From positions 2,176,001-2,240,000 of the forward strand of contig OY970343.1 of the NCBI GenBank assembly GCA_963717525.1: 64,000 nucleotides of DNA, given 5' to 3'. Within the stretch, counting starts at the first letter, position 1; every line of letters begins with the position of its first letter. Below are positions 51,801 through 61,103 of this stretch, piece after piece. The notes below the pieces were generated by a model. The model saw only the letters and a program-made list of their open reading frames with translations, made no database searches and had not been told where the DNA came from. The position numbers and the translations under genes are program-made. This DNA comes from an uncultured Methanoregulaceae archaeon. Lineage in GTDB: Archaea; Halobacteriota; Methanomicrobia; Methanomicrobiales; Methanospirillaceae.

Positions 51801-53554
51801 ATGCCTGCCGGTGAACCGGCAGCCCCTGCCCGGGAGCCGGGTACAAATGGATCGCGCTCTCGAATACCACGATCGCCATGTTCATGGCGGCGGTGAATGG
51901 GAGTATCATCCTGATCTCCCTTCCCGCGATCTTCAATGGTATCAATATTAACCCGCTCACCTCGTTCCAGTACCTGCTCTGGATCCTGATGGGCTACGGG
52001 ATTGTGACTGCCACCCTTCTCCTCAGTTTCGGGAGGCTCTCGGACATATACGGGCGTGTGAGGCTCTATAATATCGGGTTTGCCATCTTCACGGCAGGCT
52101 CCATTCTTCTTTTCCTGACCCCGGGTACGGGTGACGCCGGGGCAATCGAGCTCATCGTCTTCCGGATCATTCAGGCCATCGGAGCGGCGTTTATCTTCTC
52201 CAACAGTGCAGCGATCCTTACCGATGCATTCCCCCCTGACGAGCGGGGAAAAGCCCTCGGTCTCAACCAGGTGGCGGCACTGTCGGGACAGTTTATCGGC
52301 CTTTTGATCGGCGGGATCCTTGCGGTCTTCAACTGGCGGTACGTCTTTTTGATCAGTGTGCCATTCGGCGTTATCGGGACTATCTGGGCCTTCCTGAAAC
52401 TCAAGGAGCCGGCTTACCAGAAACGCTCCCGGAAGATCGATATCTGGGGGAATCTCTCTTTTATTGGCGGCCTGACCATTTTCCTTGTCGGCATAACCTA
52501 CGCCCTGTTGCCGTATGGCAGTGCATCGATGGGCTGGGGGAACCCATGGGTCATTACCGCGCTCGTGACCGGCGTCCTGCTCCTTGTGGCATTCCCCATC
52601 ATAGAGACCCGTGTCAGTGACCCGATGTTCTGCATGGATCTTTTTAAAATCCGGAACTTTGCCTTCGGGAATGCTGCCGGTTTTATATCAGCCCTTGCCC
52701 GGGGTGGGGTGATGGTCGTGTTGATCATCCTGCTCCAGGGGATCTGGCTGCCGCTGCACGGGTACAGCTTTGAGTCGACGCCGTTCTGGGCCGGGGTCTA
52801 TATGCTGCCGCTTACCATTGGGTTTGTGGTGATGGGCCCGCTTTCCGGTATTATATCAGATAAGTATGGAGCCCGTTGGATCAGCACCCTTGGCATGGTG
52901 CTTGTCGGCATCTCATTTCTGATCCTCGCCATACTGCCGTATAACTTCAGTTACCTCCCCTTTGCCCTGGCCCTCCTGATCATGGGCCTTGGGAACGGGA
53001 TGTTCTCCTCTCCGAACGCAGCGGCGATCATGAATTCCGTGCCCCCTCACCAGCGCGGGGTTACCTCCGGGATGATGTCGACACTCGTGAACTCCGGCTT
53101 TGTCCTCTCCATGGGGATGTTTTTCACGATTATCGTTGTAGGTCTCACGAACGCGTTTCCCCCGGCGTTATCGTCTGCACTCGCTGCTGTAAACGCAACG
53201 CAGCTGGCCCCTGCGCTCAGCGCCATACCCCCGACCGGTGCGTTGTTTGCGGCATTCCTTGGGTATAACCCGGTCCAGATGACCATGACCGCACTCTCCC
53301 CGGCTCTGCTTGCCACCGTCGCTCCGGCGACCATTGCTACCCTCACCGGTGTGGTCTGGTTTCCGGCGACACTCGCAGGGGCCTTCATGCCCTCACTGGC
53401 ACTTTCATTTTACATCGGCGCAGGGATCTCATTTGTCGCTGCGGTGCTCTGCGCGATGCGGGGCGAAAAATATGTCGAGGAGATCGATGGGACTGCCCGG
53501 ACCAATGGTTCCGGCACCGATCCGCAAGAAGTATCTGGAGTGAATGTCAAGTAG
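51801..53554 (+). CDS. MFS transporter (DHA2/EmrB-like), frameshift at ~51840; exact start uncertain
   Basis: [19 protein letters not shown] motif A, ~14 TM. Confidence 0.9.
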
Positions 53555-53590
53555 GAGTGTCTGAATTAAAAAGGGGAGGTACATCGTTCG

Positions 53591-54022
53591 ATGACTGAAG
53601 AACTGTTTGGCAGGATCCTGATCGCAACGGACGGCTCAGAGAAGAACCGGGCAGCCCTTGAAGAAGGAATAAGGGTTGCGCGTGCATGCCGGGCTTCTGT
53701 GTTTGTGGCCTACGTAATCGATACCGGCACGTTCTCAACGATGTCGGGGGATATCCCACTCGGGGATACCTACCGCGTTTTCAAGAGTGAGGCAGAGCAG
53801 GCATTTGCCCGGATTCACTCCCTGGCCGGCGATATGAATGTTGAGACTGCGATCCTTGAGGGTCGTCCTGCAACCGAGATGGTGAAGTTTGCCGCGAGAA
53901 AAAAGATCGACCTGATCGTGATCGGAACGCAGGGAAAACGGGGGCTGGAACGCCTCCTCTTGGGGAGCGTGGCAGAAGAGATCATACGCTCTGCTCCCTG
54001 CAAGGTGCTCGTGGTGAAGTGA
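53591..54022 (+). CDS. universal stress protein
   Basis: ILIATDGS, GTQG..GL..LLLGSVAE. Confidence 0.95.
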   Translation: MTEELFGRILIATDGSEKNRAALEEGIRVARACRASVFVAYVIDTGTFSTMSGDIPLGDTYRVFKSEAEQAFARIHSLAGDMNVETAILEGRPATEMVKFAARKKIDLIVIGTQGKRGLERLLLGSVAEEIIRSAPCKVLVVK

Positions 54023-54094
54023 CCTCTCCCCTTTTTGCACCGGACTTTTTTGTCATGCACACGTCTTTAAAAGCCCGGCATCCACCTGTATGTA

Positions 54095-54355
54095 ATGTTC
54101 CTTCCTGACTGGTTTACCCCCATTCTCATCGGGATTGATGTGCTGGTGGTAATCTACGGGCTCCGGGTAGCCGTCACCGGGAAAAAGGCGTATGGCTGGT
54201 TCCTTGCGCTGGCGTTCTTTTTATTTGGCCTCAAGGAAATGCTGCCCTATAACGGGGTTAACCTGCCCCCCGTCCCTGTGCTGGTCCTGTCTGTCGCCGG
54301 TCTTGCCTCTGCGCTCTTTGCGTTTTACCTGCTCGTCAAATCGCTTCCCTCGTAA
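54095..54355 (+). CDS. small hypothetical membrane protein
   Basis: 86 aa, 3 hydrophobic helices. Confidence 0.65.
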   Translation: MFLPDWFTPILIGIDVLVVIYGLRVAVTGKKAYGWFLALAFFLFGLKEMLPYNGVNLPPVPVLVLSVAGLASALFAFYLLVKSLPS

Positions 54356-54409
54356 GGGAGGAGCGCGTCTGGTTTATCCGGTAAGTCAAGGCTGTATTCT
54401 GCGCCCGGG

Positions 54410-55057
54410 TCACACCTTTTTTACAAGGTCGGGATGCGAGTTCCGGAACCGGATGAGCCCGTCACAGAACTCGCCCAGGTACTCGTCCATCGAGAGGCTC
54501 CCCTCCTGGAACCGGCACTCCTCTTCCTCGATCACCTGGTTGATCATACCTGTTGTCGGGAGGAGCAGGTCTATGGGCACTCCGGATTTTTCCGAGCCCC
54601 GTACCAGCGCCTCGCGGAAGAGGCCGATGCAATAGGCGATCCGGTACCTGTACACATGCCGGGTCTTTGCGAGGTATCCTGCCACACGGTCGGTCTCGAT
54701 CGACAGGAAGTCAGCCTTGACCTTCTCATCATTCACTTTCCCGAGCATGTACTTGTAGTGTGCATAGGGATACATCGTCTCGAGCTCGGCGGGCACGATC
54801 CCGCAGGTGCCAAAGATGACAATATGGTACTGTGCCTCATCAAACACCTGCGAGATGATCATCCGGATAAGCTGGTGGCTTGGGCTTGAACTGTAGGGTT
54901 TTCTCACCGCACAGGGCATAAAGATCGCGATATCCTTGGGCTGGACTTCGTACTCATTGATGATGTACCGGTAGGACTGCTCGAACTCCTCCAGGTAGAA
55001 CGGCGGGCCAGTGAGGATAGGCGTGTCCGGGTCGTTGCGGGGTCCGGGTCTTCCCAT
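54410..55057 (-). CDS. DUF5591 (ArcS-domain-like) protein
   Basis: MPCAVRKPYSSSPSH, GIVPAELE..YP.AHY. Confidence 0.8.
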   Translation of the reverse strand: MGRPGPRNDPDTPILTGPPFYLEEFEQSYRYIINEYEVQPKDIAIFMPCAVRKPYSSSPSHQLIRMIISQVFDEAQYHIVIFGTCGIVPAELETMYPYAHYKYMLGKVNDEKVKADFLSIETDRVAGYLAKTRHVYRYRIAYCIGLFREALVRGSEKSGVPIDLLLPTTGMINQVIEEEECRFQEGSLSMDEYLGEFCDGLIRFRNSHPDLVKKV

Positions 55058-55277
55058 GGATCTTCCTAACAAGATCAATCACGCACCAGATGAAACAACC
55101 GGTCATAACGGATCTGTGCGGGCTTTCCCCGGCTCATCCAGCCGGCTATGATCAGGCCGGGGAGTGGGGTACTCGGCGCTTCATGAACCGCAGGTTTTTA
55201 TCCCGGGATACCCTTCGTAAAACAGGATAATTGAGGCGATGGATTTTTATTATTTCCATAAATATACTGCTCTACGC

Positions 55278-55487
55278 ATGTACAATACGCTCGATCCTGA
55301 TATGAAGCACCATACGCTGTATTTTCTGGGCGGTTTCGCTGCGGTGGCTGTCGGTTTTGCCGCGCTGCTCGCAGGTTTTTTTTCTGACCAGGAAGCAATA
55401 ATGTACTCAGGTGCGGTTTTCATTTGCGGTGCAGCAGCAGTGCAGAGTGTCCTGCTCCTGTCTCAGTCCCGCCCCCGCCAGGATTAA
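55278..55487 (+). CDS. small hypothetical membrane protein (start uncertain)
   Basis: Two hydrophobic helices. Confidence 0.5.
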   Translation: MYNTLDPDMKHHTLYFLGGFAAVAVGFAALLAGFFSDQEAIMYSGAVFICGAAAVQSVLLLSQSRPRQD

Positions 55488-55493
55488 CGGTCC

Positions 55494-55862
55494 ATGTTTA
55501 CAAGAGAACCAGTATCCCCCTGTTCCGGGATCCTTTATGCAGATCACCTGGTCACTATCACCGGTGAGAGCATCACATTTGCGTACTACTCGTTTCCCTT
55601 TGCAGGGAGCAGGACGGTCGCTTTTTCTGATATCGATCATATCATGGTCATGGAGCCTTCCCTGATAAACGGCAAATGGCGGATCTGGGGTTCCGGGGAC
55701 CTGCGCACCTGGTTCCCGCTTGATATCCACCGGCCCTCGCGAGACCGGATATTTTTAATGACCCTGAAGTCCAGGCGCACGAGGATCGGATTTACTGTTG
55801 AGGATTCATCACGTGTCATCGCTCTTCTCGAAGAGCACGGGCTGCTCGGCAGTGTATCGTAA
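55494..55862 (+). CDS. hypothetical protein (possible PH-like beta fold)
   Basis: 122-aa ORF, WRIWGSGD..TWFPLD..R, IGFTVED. Confidence 0.65.
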   Translation: MFTREPVSPCSGILYADHLVTITGESITFAYYSFPFAGSRTVAFSDIDHIMVMEPSLINGKWRIWGSGDLRTWFPLDIHRPSRDRIFLMTLKSRRTRIGFTVEDSSRVIALLEEHGLLGSVS

Positions 55863-56113
55863 AAACACACCGTGTCACCTGATGGATCGCGATGACCGGG
55901 CACCACACCGGTAACTCCGCCCCCCCGGGAAAGACCCACCTTGCTATGGTATAAAGCAGACCACGGTACCAGGTGCCGGAGGGGATACCCGCAGTGTACC
56001 CTGTATCACCCTGTACAGGCACTCTGTACCACCGAACCATCTGTTTTTTCTCTCTATGCAGGCATATTCTTTTCAGAACAACATCCTGAAGAAAAACACT
56101 GGTGAGAAACGAT

Positions 56114-56494
56114 ATGCGGTGGTACATCTGGGCCCTGGTACTGGTGATCGCCTGTGCCCTGGGGGCCGGCTGCCTCTCTTCCCGGGGCCAGAATACTCAG
56201 ATTACGGTCATGAGCGAGGAACTGGACTCATTCAATCCGGTGAACGTCGGGTCGTTCGATTTCTACACTGCCGATATCCGGGTCGAAAATCCCACCAACC
56301 TGACATTTGATAACGTCGAGATCCAGGTCCATCTGATGCCAACGACCGCATACTGCCATTCCCAGTCAGCGACCTTTGATATCCCTTCGATGACGCCCTA
56401 CCAGAAATTGAAGGAGACATTCTCCTTCTCCGAGTTCGCCGATCTGGACTGCGCGTATAACTTCTCCTCATCGGTGACGTCAGATCAGCCTTAG
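56114..56494 (+). CDS. putative lipoprotein
   Basis: Signal peptide ending in lipobox-like GAGC; beta-rich body. Confidence 0.65.
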   Translation: MRWYIWALVLVIACALGAGCLSSRGQNTQITVMSEELDSFNPVNVGSFDFYTADIRVENPTNLTFDNVEIQVHLMPTTAYCHSQSATFDIPSMTPYQKLKETFSFSEFADLDCAYNFSSSVTSDQP

Positions 56495-56572
56495 ACCCCG
56501 AAAAAGCCGGCCATGGGGCCGGGAAAAAGTGAGAAGAACGGGTCGGAATATCATCGCAGGGATTGCCGGGTT

Positions 56573-57343
56573 TCAGGTCCGGTTGTTGCGGAAGACGCCC
56601 ATGAAAAGGCATTCGTCTGCAGCAATGGTATCGACGCCCACCAGATCCCCGATCGGCATCCCGAGTCCCCGGACGATCGCGGCAGGTGTGCACTCGTCTG
56701 CCTCGCCCATGACGAGTTCGGCGGCCGATGCGATATTGTCGGCAACAGCCCTTTTGGTCACTTCCAGTTTGCGGCCGAATAGGTCGCACCGCCCGCGGTC
56801 ATCAATGACGGAGGTGATGCCGGCGCAGCCGATGGCCACCCCGGAGCACCCGAGGCGCATCGCGTGCGTGCGGCTGTCAGCGATGATCACCCCGATGTTG
56901 GCATGGCACCGGTGGGCGATCTCGTCTTTTATGCGTACAGCGCTTGCATTGGGATCCACGGGCAGGGGCACGATGCACCCGGGGGGAGCGTTCGAGGCAT
57001 CTACGCCCGCGTTCGGGAGAAGTGTACCCTGCTTCATGCAGAGCAGAAAGCCCGGGATACCGCCGACTATTTCGTCACTCTCGGCTAGGACGACCTCGAC
57101 GGTGCGGGGGTCCATGTGGTAGCGTCCTGCCAGTTCCTGTGCACGCGGGGAGGGGGTGATCGTATCGAGCCTGACCACGTTTCCTTCGGCGGTAGCTACC
57201 GCGGTCTCGGCAAGGACAAGAATGTCCCCGTCCGCAAACCCGCCGCAGGCCGCGTCAGCCGCCGCGATGATCCGGTCGGTGAACGGGTCGTGGGGCCGGA
57301 TAATGCCCGTGGAGAGGCCGGTGATAGTAAACGAGGAGTTCAT
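56573..57343 (-). CDS. cofE: CofE-family gamma-glutamyl ligase
   Basis: AETAVATAEG, NAGVDASN, IADS, GRCDLFG, ELVMGEADE. Confidence 0.88.
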   Translation of the reverse strand: MNSSFTITGLSTGIIRPHDPFTDRIIAAADAACGGFADGDILVLAETAVATAEGNVVRLDTITPSPRAQELAGRYHMDPRTVEVVLAESDEIVGGIPGFLLCMKQGTLLPNAGVDASNAPPGCIVPLPVDPNASAVRIKDEIAHRCHANIGVIIADSRTHAMRLGCSGVAIGCAGITSVIDDRGRCDLFGRKLEVTKRAVADNIASAAELVMGEADECTPAAIVRGLGMPIGDLVGVDTIAADECLFMGVFRNNRT

Positions 57344-58155
57344 GCCCCTTTCACCATCTGCTCGTATACCCTCACTATATCCCGGGTGGCTGCCACGTCA
57401 TGCGTCCGGATGACCGATGCGCCCTTTTCGAGCAGCTTCATGGTTACGGCAAGCGTGCCCGGCAGCCGGTCCTCCGGCTCGCGGTTGAGGAGCATCCCGA
57501 TAAAGGTCTTCCGTGAAACGGCTGCAAGGACCGGGCGGTCGAATCGCAGGAATTCATCGAAATGCCGGCAGAGTTCCCAGTCATCCTCTACCGAACGGAA
57601 CGGGGTCCAGATGCCGACCCCGGGGTCGAGCACGTACTCATTCACCCCGGCCGTTTCGCACCGTTTGATAACTCCTTCGAGCGACGCAATCGTTGCATCG
57701 ACCCCGATTGGATCTCCCGGTACCCGGTATGTGGCCATCACAAACGCGGGGAGTCCGGCGTCCGCGACCTTTTTTGCATAGGCCGGTGAGACAAAACCGC
57801 TGATGTCGTTTGCCGCATGGATATCATGCTTCAGGCAGACATCGAGGACGCCCGGGTGCATCGTGTCGACCGAGAGGGTGATCCCGCTCCCGTCCAGTTC
57901 CTTTAAGGCGGCATCGATCCGTTCCGCCTCTTCCTTCCCGCTGATCGGCTGCGTGTTGGGGGCAGTGCTCCGTGCGCCGATATCGATCATGTCAGCGCCC
58001 TGCTCGACCATCGCTACGGCGGTCGCATGGACCTCCTCAATAGGGATATACGAATTCAGGTAGAACGACTCGCCGCTGCAGTTGATAACTCCCATAAGGC
58101 GTGGCGGGGCGCCCCCACCGATATCGAGTTTGTTGACCCGGCAGGACCTCATCAT
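57340..58155 (-). CDS. folP: dihydropteroate synthase family protein
   Basis: [38 protein letters not shown]. Confidence 0.92.
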   Translation of the reverse strand: MMRSCRVNKLDIGGGAPPRLMGVINCSGESFYLNSYIPIEEVHATAVAMVEQGADMIDIGARSTAPNTQPISGKEEAERIDAALKELDGSGITLSVDTMHPGVLDVCLKHDIHAANDISGFVSPAYAKKVADAGLPAFVMATYRVPGDPIGVDATIASLEGVIKRCETAGVNEYVLDPGVGIWTPFRSVEDDWELCRHFDEFLRFDRPVLAAVSRKTFIGMLLNREPEDRLPGTLAVTMKLLEKGASVIRTHDVAATRDIVRVYEQMVKGA

Positions 58156-58988
58156 GGCACCCTCATCGACGCCGCGGCAAAGGTGTTCTCCATGAGCGTT
58201 GCAATCGTCATCGGGCCCACACCGCCGGGGACCGGGGTGATGGCCGATGCGATCTTTTTAACCGCTTCAAAGTCCACGTCCCCGACCAGCTTCCCGTTGA
58301 GCTGGTTGATGCCGACATCGATTACAACCGCTTCGGGCTTGAGCATGTCGGGCGTGATGAAATGCGCCTTTCCTATCGCCGAGACAAGGATGTCTGCCTG
58401 CCTGAGTTCCGCGGGAAGATCCCGGGTCCTGCTGTGGCAGAGTGTTACGGTCGCGTCGGCATTGGTCAGGAGTGCCGCCATCGGCCTCCCGACATCGATG
58501 CTCCGCCCGGCAACAACGGCCCTGGCGCCGGCAATGGGGATCTTATACTCTGCAAGCAGGGTCATGATCCCCTTGGGGGTACAAGGAGCAAAACGGGGTT
58601 TACCGCTCATCAACAGGCCGAGGTTCGTGGGGTGAAACCCGTCGACGTCCTTCTCTGTTTTTACCGCGGCAATCACCCGGTCGGTATCGATCTGTTTTGG
58701 CAGGGGGAGCTGGACGAGGATCCCATTGATCTCCGTATCCTGGTTAAGACGGGTGATCGCCTCGATCACTTTCTCCGTGGTCGCCTCGCCGGGGATCTCG
58801 ATCCCGACAGAGCCGATGCCCACCCGTTCGCAGGCCCGGTGCTTCATACGCACGTACATCTGTGACGCCGGGTCGCTGCCTGCGATCACGGTGGCAAGCC
58901 TGGGGTAAAGCCCCGACTCACCGATCGCTTCCTTGAGGAGTTCGAGCCGCTTTTCCGAAACCGCTTTCCCGTCAAGGATGATGGCCAT
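58152..58988 (-). CDS. folD: methylene-THF dehydrogenase/cyclohydrolase
   Basis: [32 protein letters not shown]. Confidence 0.97.
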   Translation of the reverse strand: MAIILDGKAVSEKRLELLKEAIGESGLYPRLATVIAGSDPASQMYVRMKHRACERVGIGSVGIEIPGEATTEKVIEAITRLNQDTEINGILVQLPLPKQIDTDRVIAAVKTEKDVDGFHPTNLGLLMSGKPRFAPCTPKGIMTLLAEYKIPIAGARAVVAGRSIDVGRPMAALLTNADATVTLCHSRTRDLPAELRQADILVSAIGKAHFITPDMLKPEAVVIDVGINQLNGKLVGDVDFEAVKKIASAITPVPGGVGPMTIATLMENTFAAASMRVP

Positions 58989-59008
58989 CGTCACACCCTC
59001 ACCCGGTA

Positions 59009-60250
59009 TCAGGTCACCGGGTAAATCGGGAACTTCTGTGCCATCCCGGTGACTTCGCCATGGATCTTCCTGATCAGCGTTTCATTCGTGATGTCCTTCA
59101 CGATCGCAGAGATCCATATCCCGATCTGGCGCATCTCTGCCTCTTTCATGCCCCGGGAGGTGACGGCAGGAGTACCTACCCGCAGCCCGCTCGTGACAAA
59201 CGGGCTCTTGGTCTCGTTCGGGATCGTGTTCTTGTTGACCGTGATGGCCGCCCTGCCGAGCGCCACTTCCGCCTCAAGGCCGGTCAGGTGCTGGCCGGTG
59301 AGATCGATGAGCATCAGGTGGTTGTCTGTGCCGCCTGAGACAAGCCGGATCCCGTTGTCCATCAGGGTTTCTGCAAGGACCTTCGCGTTCTTCACGATCT
59401 GCCTGTTGTATTCCTTAAATGAGGGCTTGAGTGCCTCCTCGAAACAGACCGCTTTTGCCGTGATCGTGTGCATCAGGGGACCGCCCTGCATGCCCGGGAA
59501 GACTGCCTTGTCGATAGCCTGTGCATATTCGTTGTTGCACATGATCGCACCGCCGCGGGGCCCGCGGAGCGTCTTGTGGGTAGTGGTGGTGGTGAAGTTC
59601 GTCACACCGACAGAGGTCGGGTGGATGCCGGCCGCGACAAGGCCGGCAATGTGGGCGATATCGGCCATGCAGTAGGCGTCGACGTCGTCAGCGATCTCCT
59701 GGAATGCCTTAAACTCGATGGTACGGGGGTACGCCGAGGCACCACAGACGATAATCTGGGGCTTTTCCTTCTTTGCCATCTCGCCGACAATGCCGTAATC
59801 GAGGGTTTCGGTCTGGGGGTCGACGCCGTACTGGGCGACCTGGTAGAACTTTCCCGTGAAGCTGACCGGCGATCCGTGCGAAAGGTGGCCACCCTGGTTG
59901 AGCTTCATGCTCAAAATCTTCTCTCCCAGCTTCATGTACGCAAAATAAACCGCCATGTTCGCCTGGGTGCCCGAGTGGGGCTGGACGTTTGCATGCTCGG
60001 CGCCGAAGAGTTTTTTCAACCGGTCCCGGGCAAGGTTCTCGGCCATATCATGGAACTCGCACCCGCCATAGTACCGCTTTCCCGGGTAGCCCTCGGCATA
60101 CTTGTTGGTCATGATTGACCCCATTGCCTCGAGCACCGCACGGCTGACAATATTCTCGGACGCGATCAGTTCGAGCCCGTTTGTCTGGCGGAGCCGTTCC
60201 TTCTCAATGATATCTGCTATTTCTGGATCAGTTTGGGAAAGATACGACAT
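59009..60250 (-). CDS. glyA: serine hydroxymethyltransferase (bacterial/THF type)
   Basis: [31 protein letters not shown]. Confidence 0.98.
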   Translation of the reverse strand: MSYLSQTDPEIADIIEKERLRQTNGLELIASENIVSRAVLEAMGSIMTNKYAEGYPGKRYYGGCEFHDMAENLARDRLKKLFGAEHANVQPHSGTQANMAVYFAYMKLGEKILSMKLNQGGHLSHGSPVSFTGKFYQVAQYGVDPQTETLDYGIVGEMAKKEKPQIIVCGASAYPRTIEFKAFQEIADDVDAYCMADIAHIAGLVAAGIHPTSVGVTNFTTTTTHKTLRGPRGGAIMCNNEYAQAIDKAVFPGMQGGPLMHTITAKAVCFEEALKPSFKEYNRQIVKNAKVLAETLMDNGIRLVSGGTDNHLMLIDLTGQHLTGLEAEVALGRAAITVNKNTIPNETKSPFVTSGLRVGTPAVTSRGMKEAEMRQIGIWISAIVKDITNETLIRKIHGEVTGMAQKFPIYPVT

Positions 60251-60527
60251 ATGGATACACGTTCGTCTGGATCAGGTAATACCTTTTCTTAAGAAGGAGC
60301 GCGAGGGGTGCATGGCTGGCAGGAGTGCCGTCATAAATCCGGATTTTTTATGCATGATCCCTGCCGGAAAAGGCGCGTAGCGCCCGGATCGGGCGGTTAT
60401 CCGGGGTCTGAACCCTGTTTTTTGGGTGAAAAGAAGCACAAACCTTTTTTTCTCGTCCGCAGATCACTACTATTATTAATAAGGAGTGCGCCGCACCTGT
60501 ATATATCAGAACATATACGGGTATCGC

Positions 60528-61082
60528 ATGGTGCAACCGGATGCAAAGATCAGGTATCTTGAGTTCGAACTTGATGAAAAGGAGAAAATGGTCAACATGA
60601 TGGAAAGTTCAGGAAGCGGTGCAGGTGAGGACCGCGTCGCCGCGCTCGAAAAGAAGGTCAACGAGATGGAAGCACTCGTCAAGGGGCTCACCCAGGAACT
60701 CCTTGACCTCAAGTCCATTGCGATGAAGATGTCCAAGCAGACCGAGGAACGCAGCCGCCAGGAACTCAAACGCATGCCACCGATTGTCCAGGGTGCAACT
60801 GCGTCCGGCAGTGCCGCCGCACCCCAGCAGGGTGGCAGCACGGTTGTGATCCGCAAGGGTGCCCGGGCGGATTCCGAACCCCAGACCCCTGCCGAGCCCG
60901 CGATGGACATGATCATGCAAACCGACGGGACGATGAAGCTTGAGCCCCGGCGCGGGGAGAAGGACTATATCGTCGCATCGGCAGGCTATGGCCGGAACAA
61001 GAAAGGGGTTTCGGTCAAGCCCAAGCAGAGCGATTTGATCTACGCAGTAGAAGAAGACAAGTCCGATGCAGCAAAGAAGTAA
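60528..61082 (+). CDS. hypothetical coiled-coil protein upstream of smc
   Basis: RVAALEKKVNEMEALVKGLTQELLDLK coiled coil; same strand, 21 bp before smc. Confidence 0.75.
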   Translation: MVQPDAKIRYLEFELDEKEKMVNMMESSGSGAGEDRVAALEKKVNEMEALVKGLTQELLDLKSIAMKMSKQTEERSRQELKRMPPIVQGATASGSAAAPQQGGSTVVIRKGARADSEPQTPAEPAMDMIMQTDGTMKLEPRRGEKDYIVASAGYGRNKKGVSVKPKQSDLIYAVEEDKSDAAKK

Positions 61083-61103
61083 GGACGATGGGGAGCCGGA
61101 TCT

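Noticed and set aside
55995..56030. Short imperfect AC(C/T)CTGTA repeats
   Set aside because: Three 8-bp units with irregular spacing; too weak to support a function.
60251..60480. Riboswitch upstream of glyA
   Set aside because: No recognisable THF, ZTP or glycine aptamer consensus.
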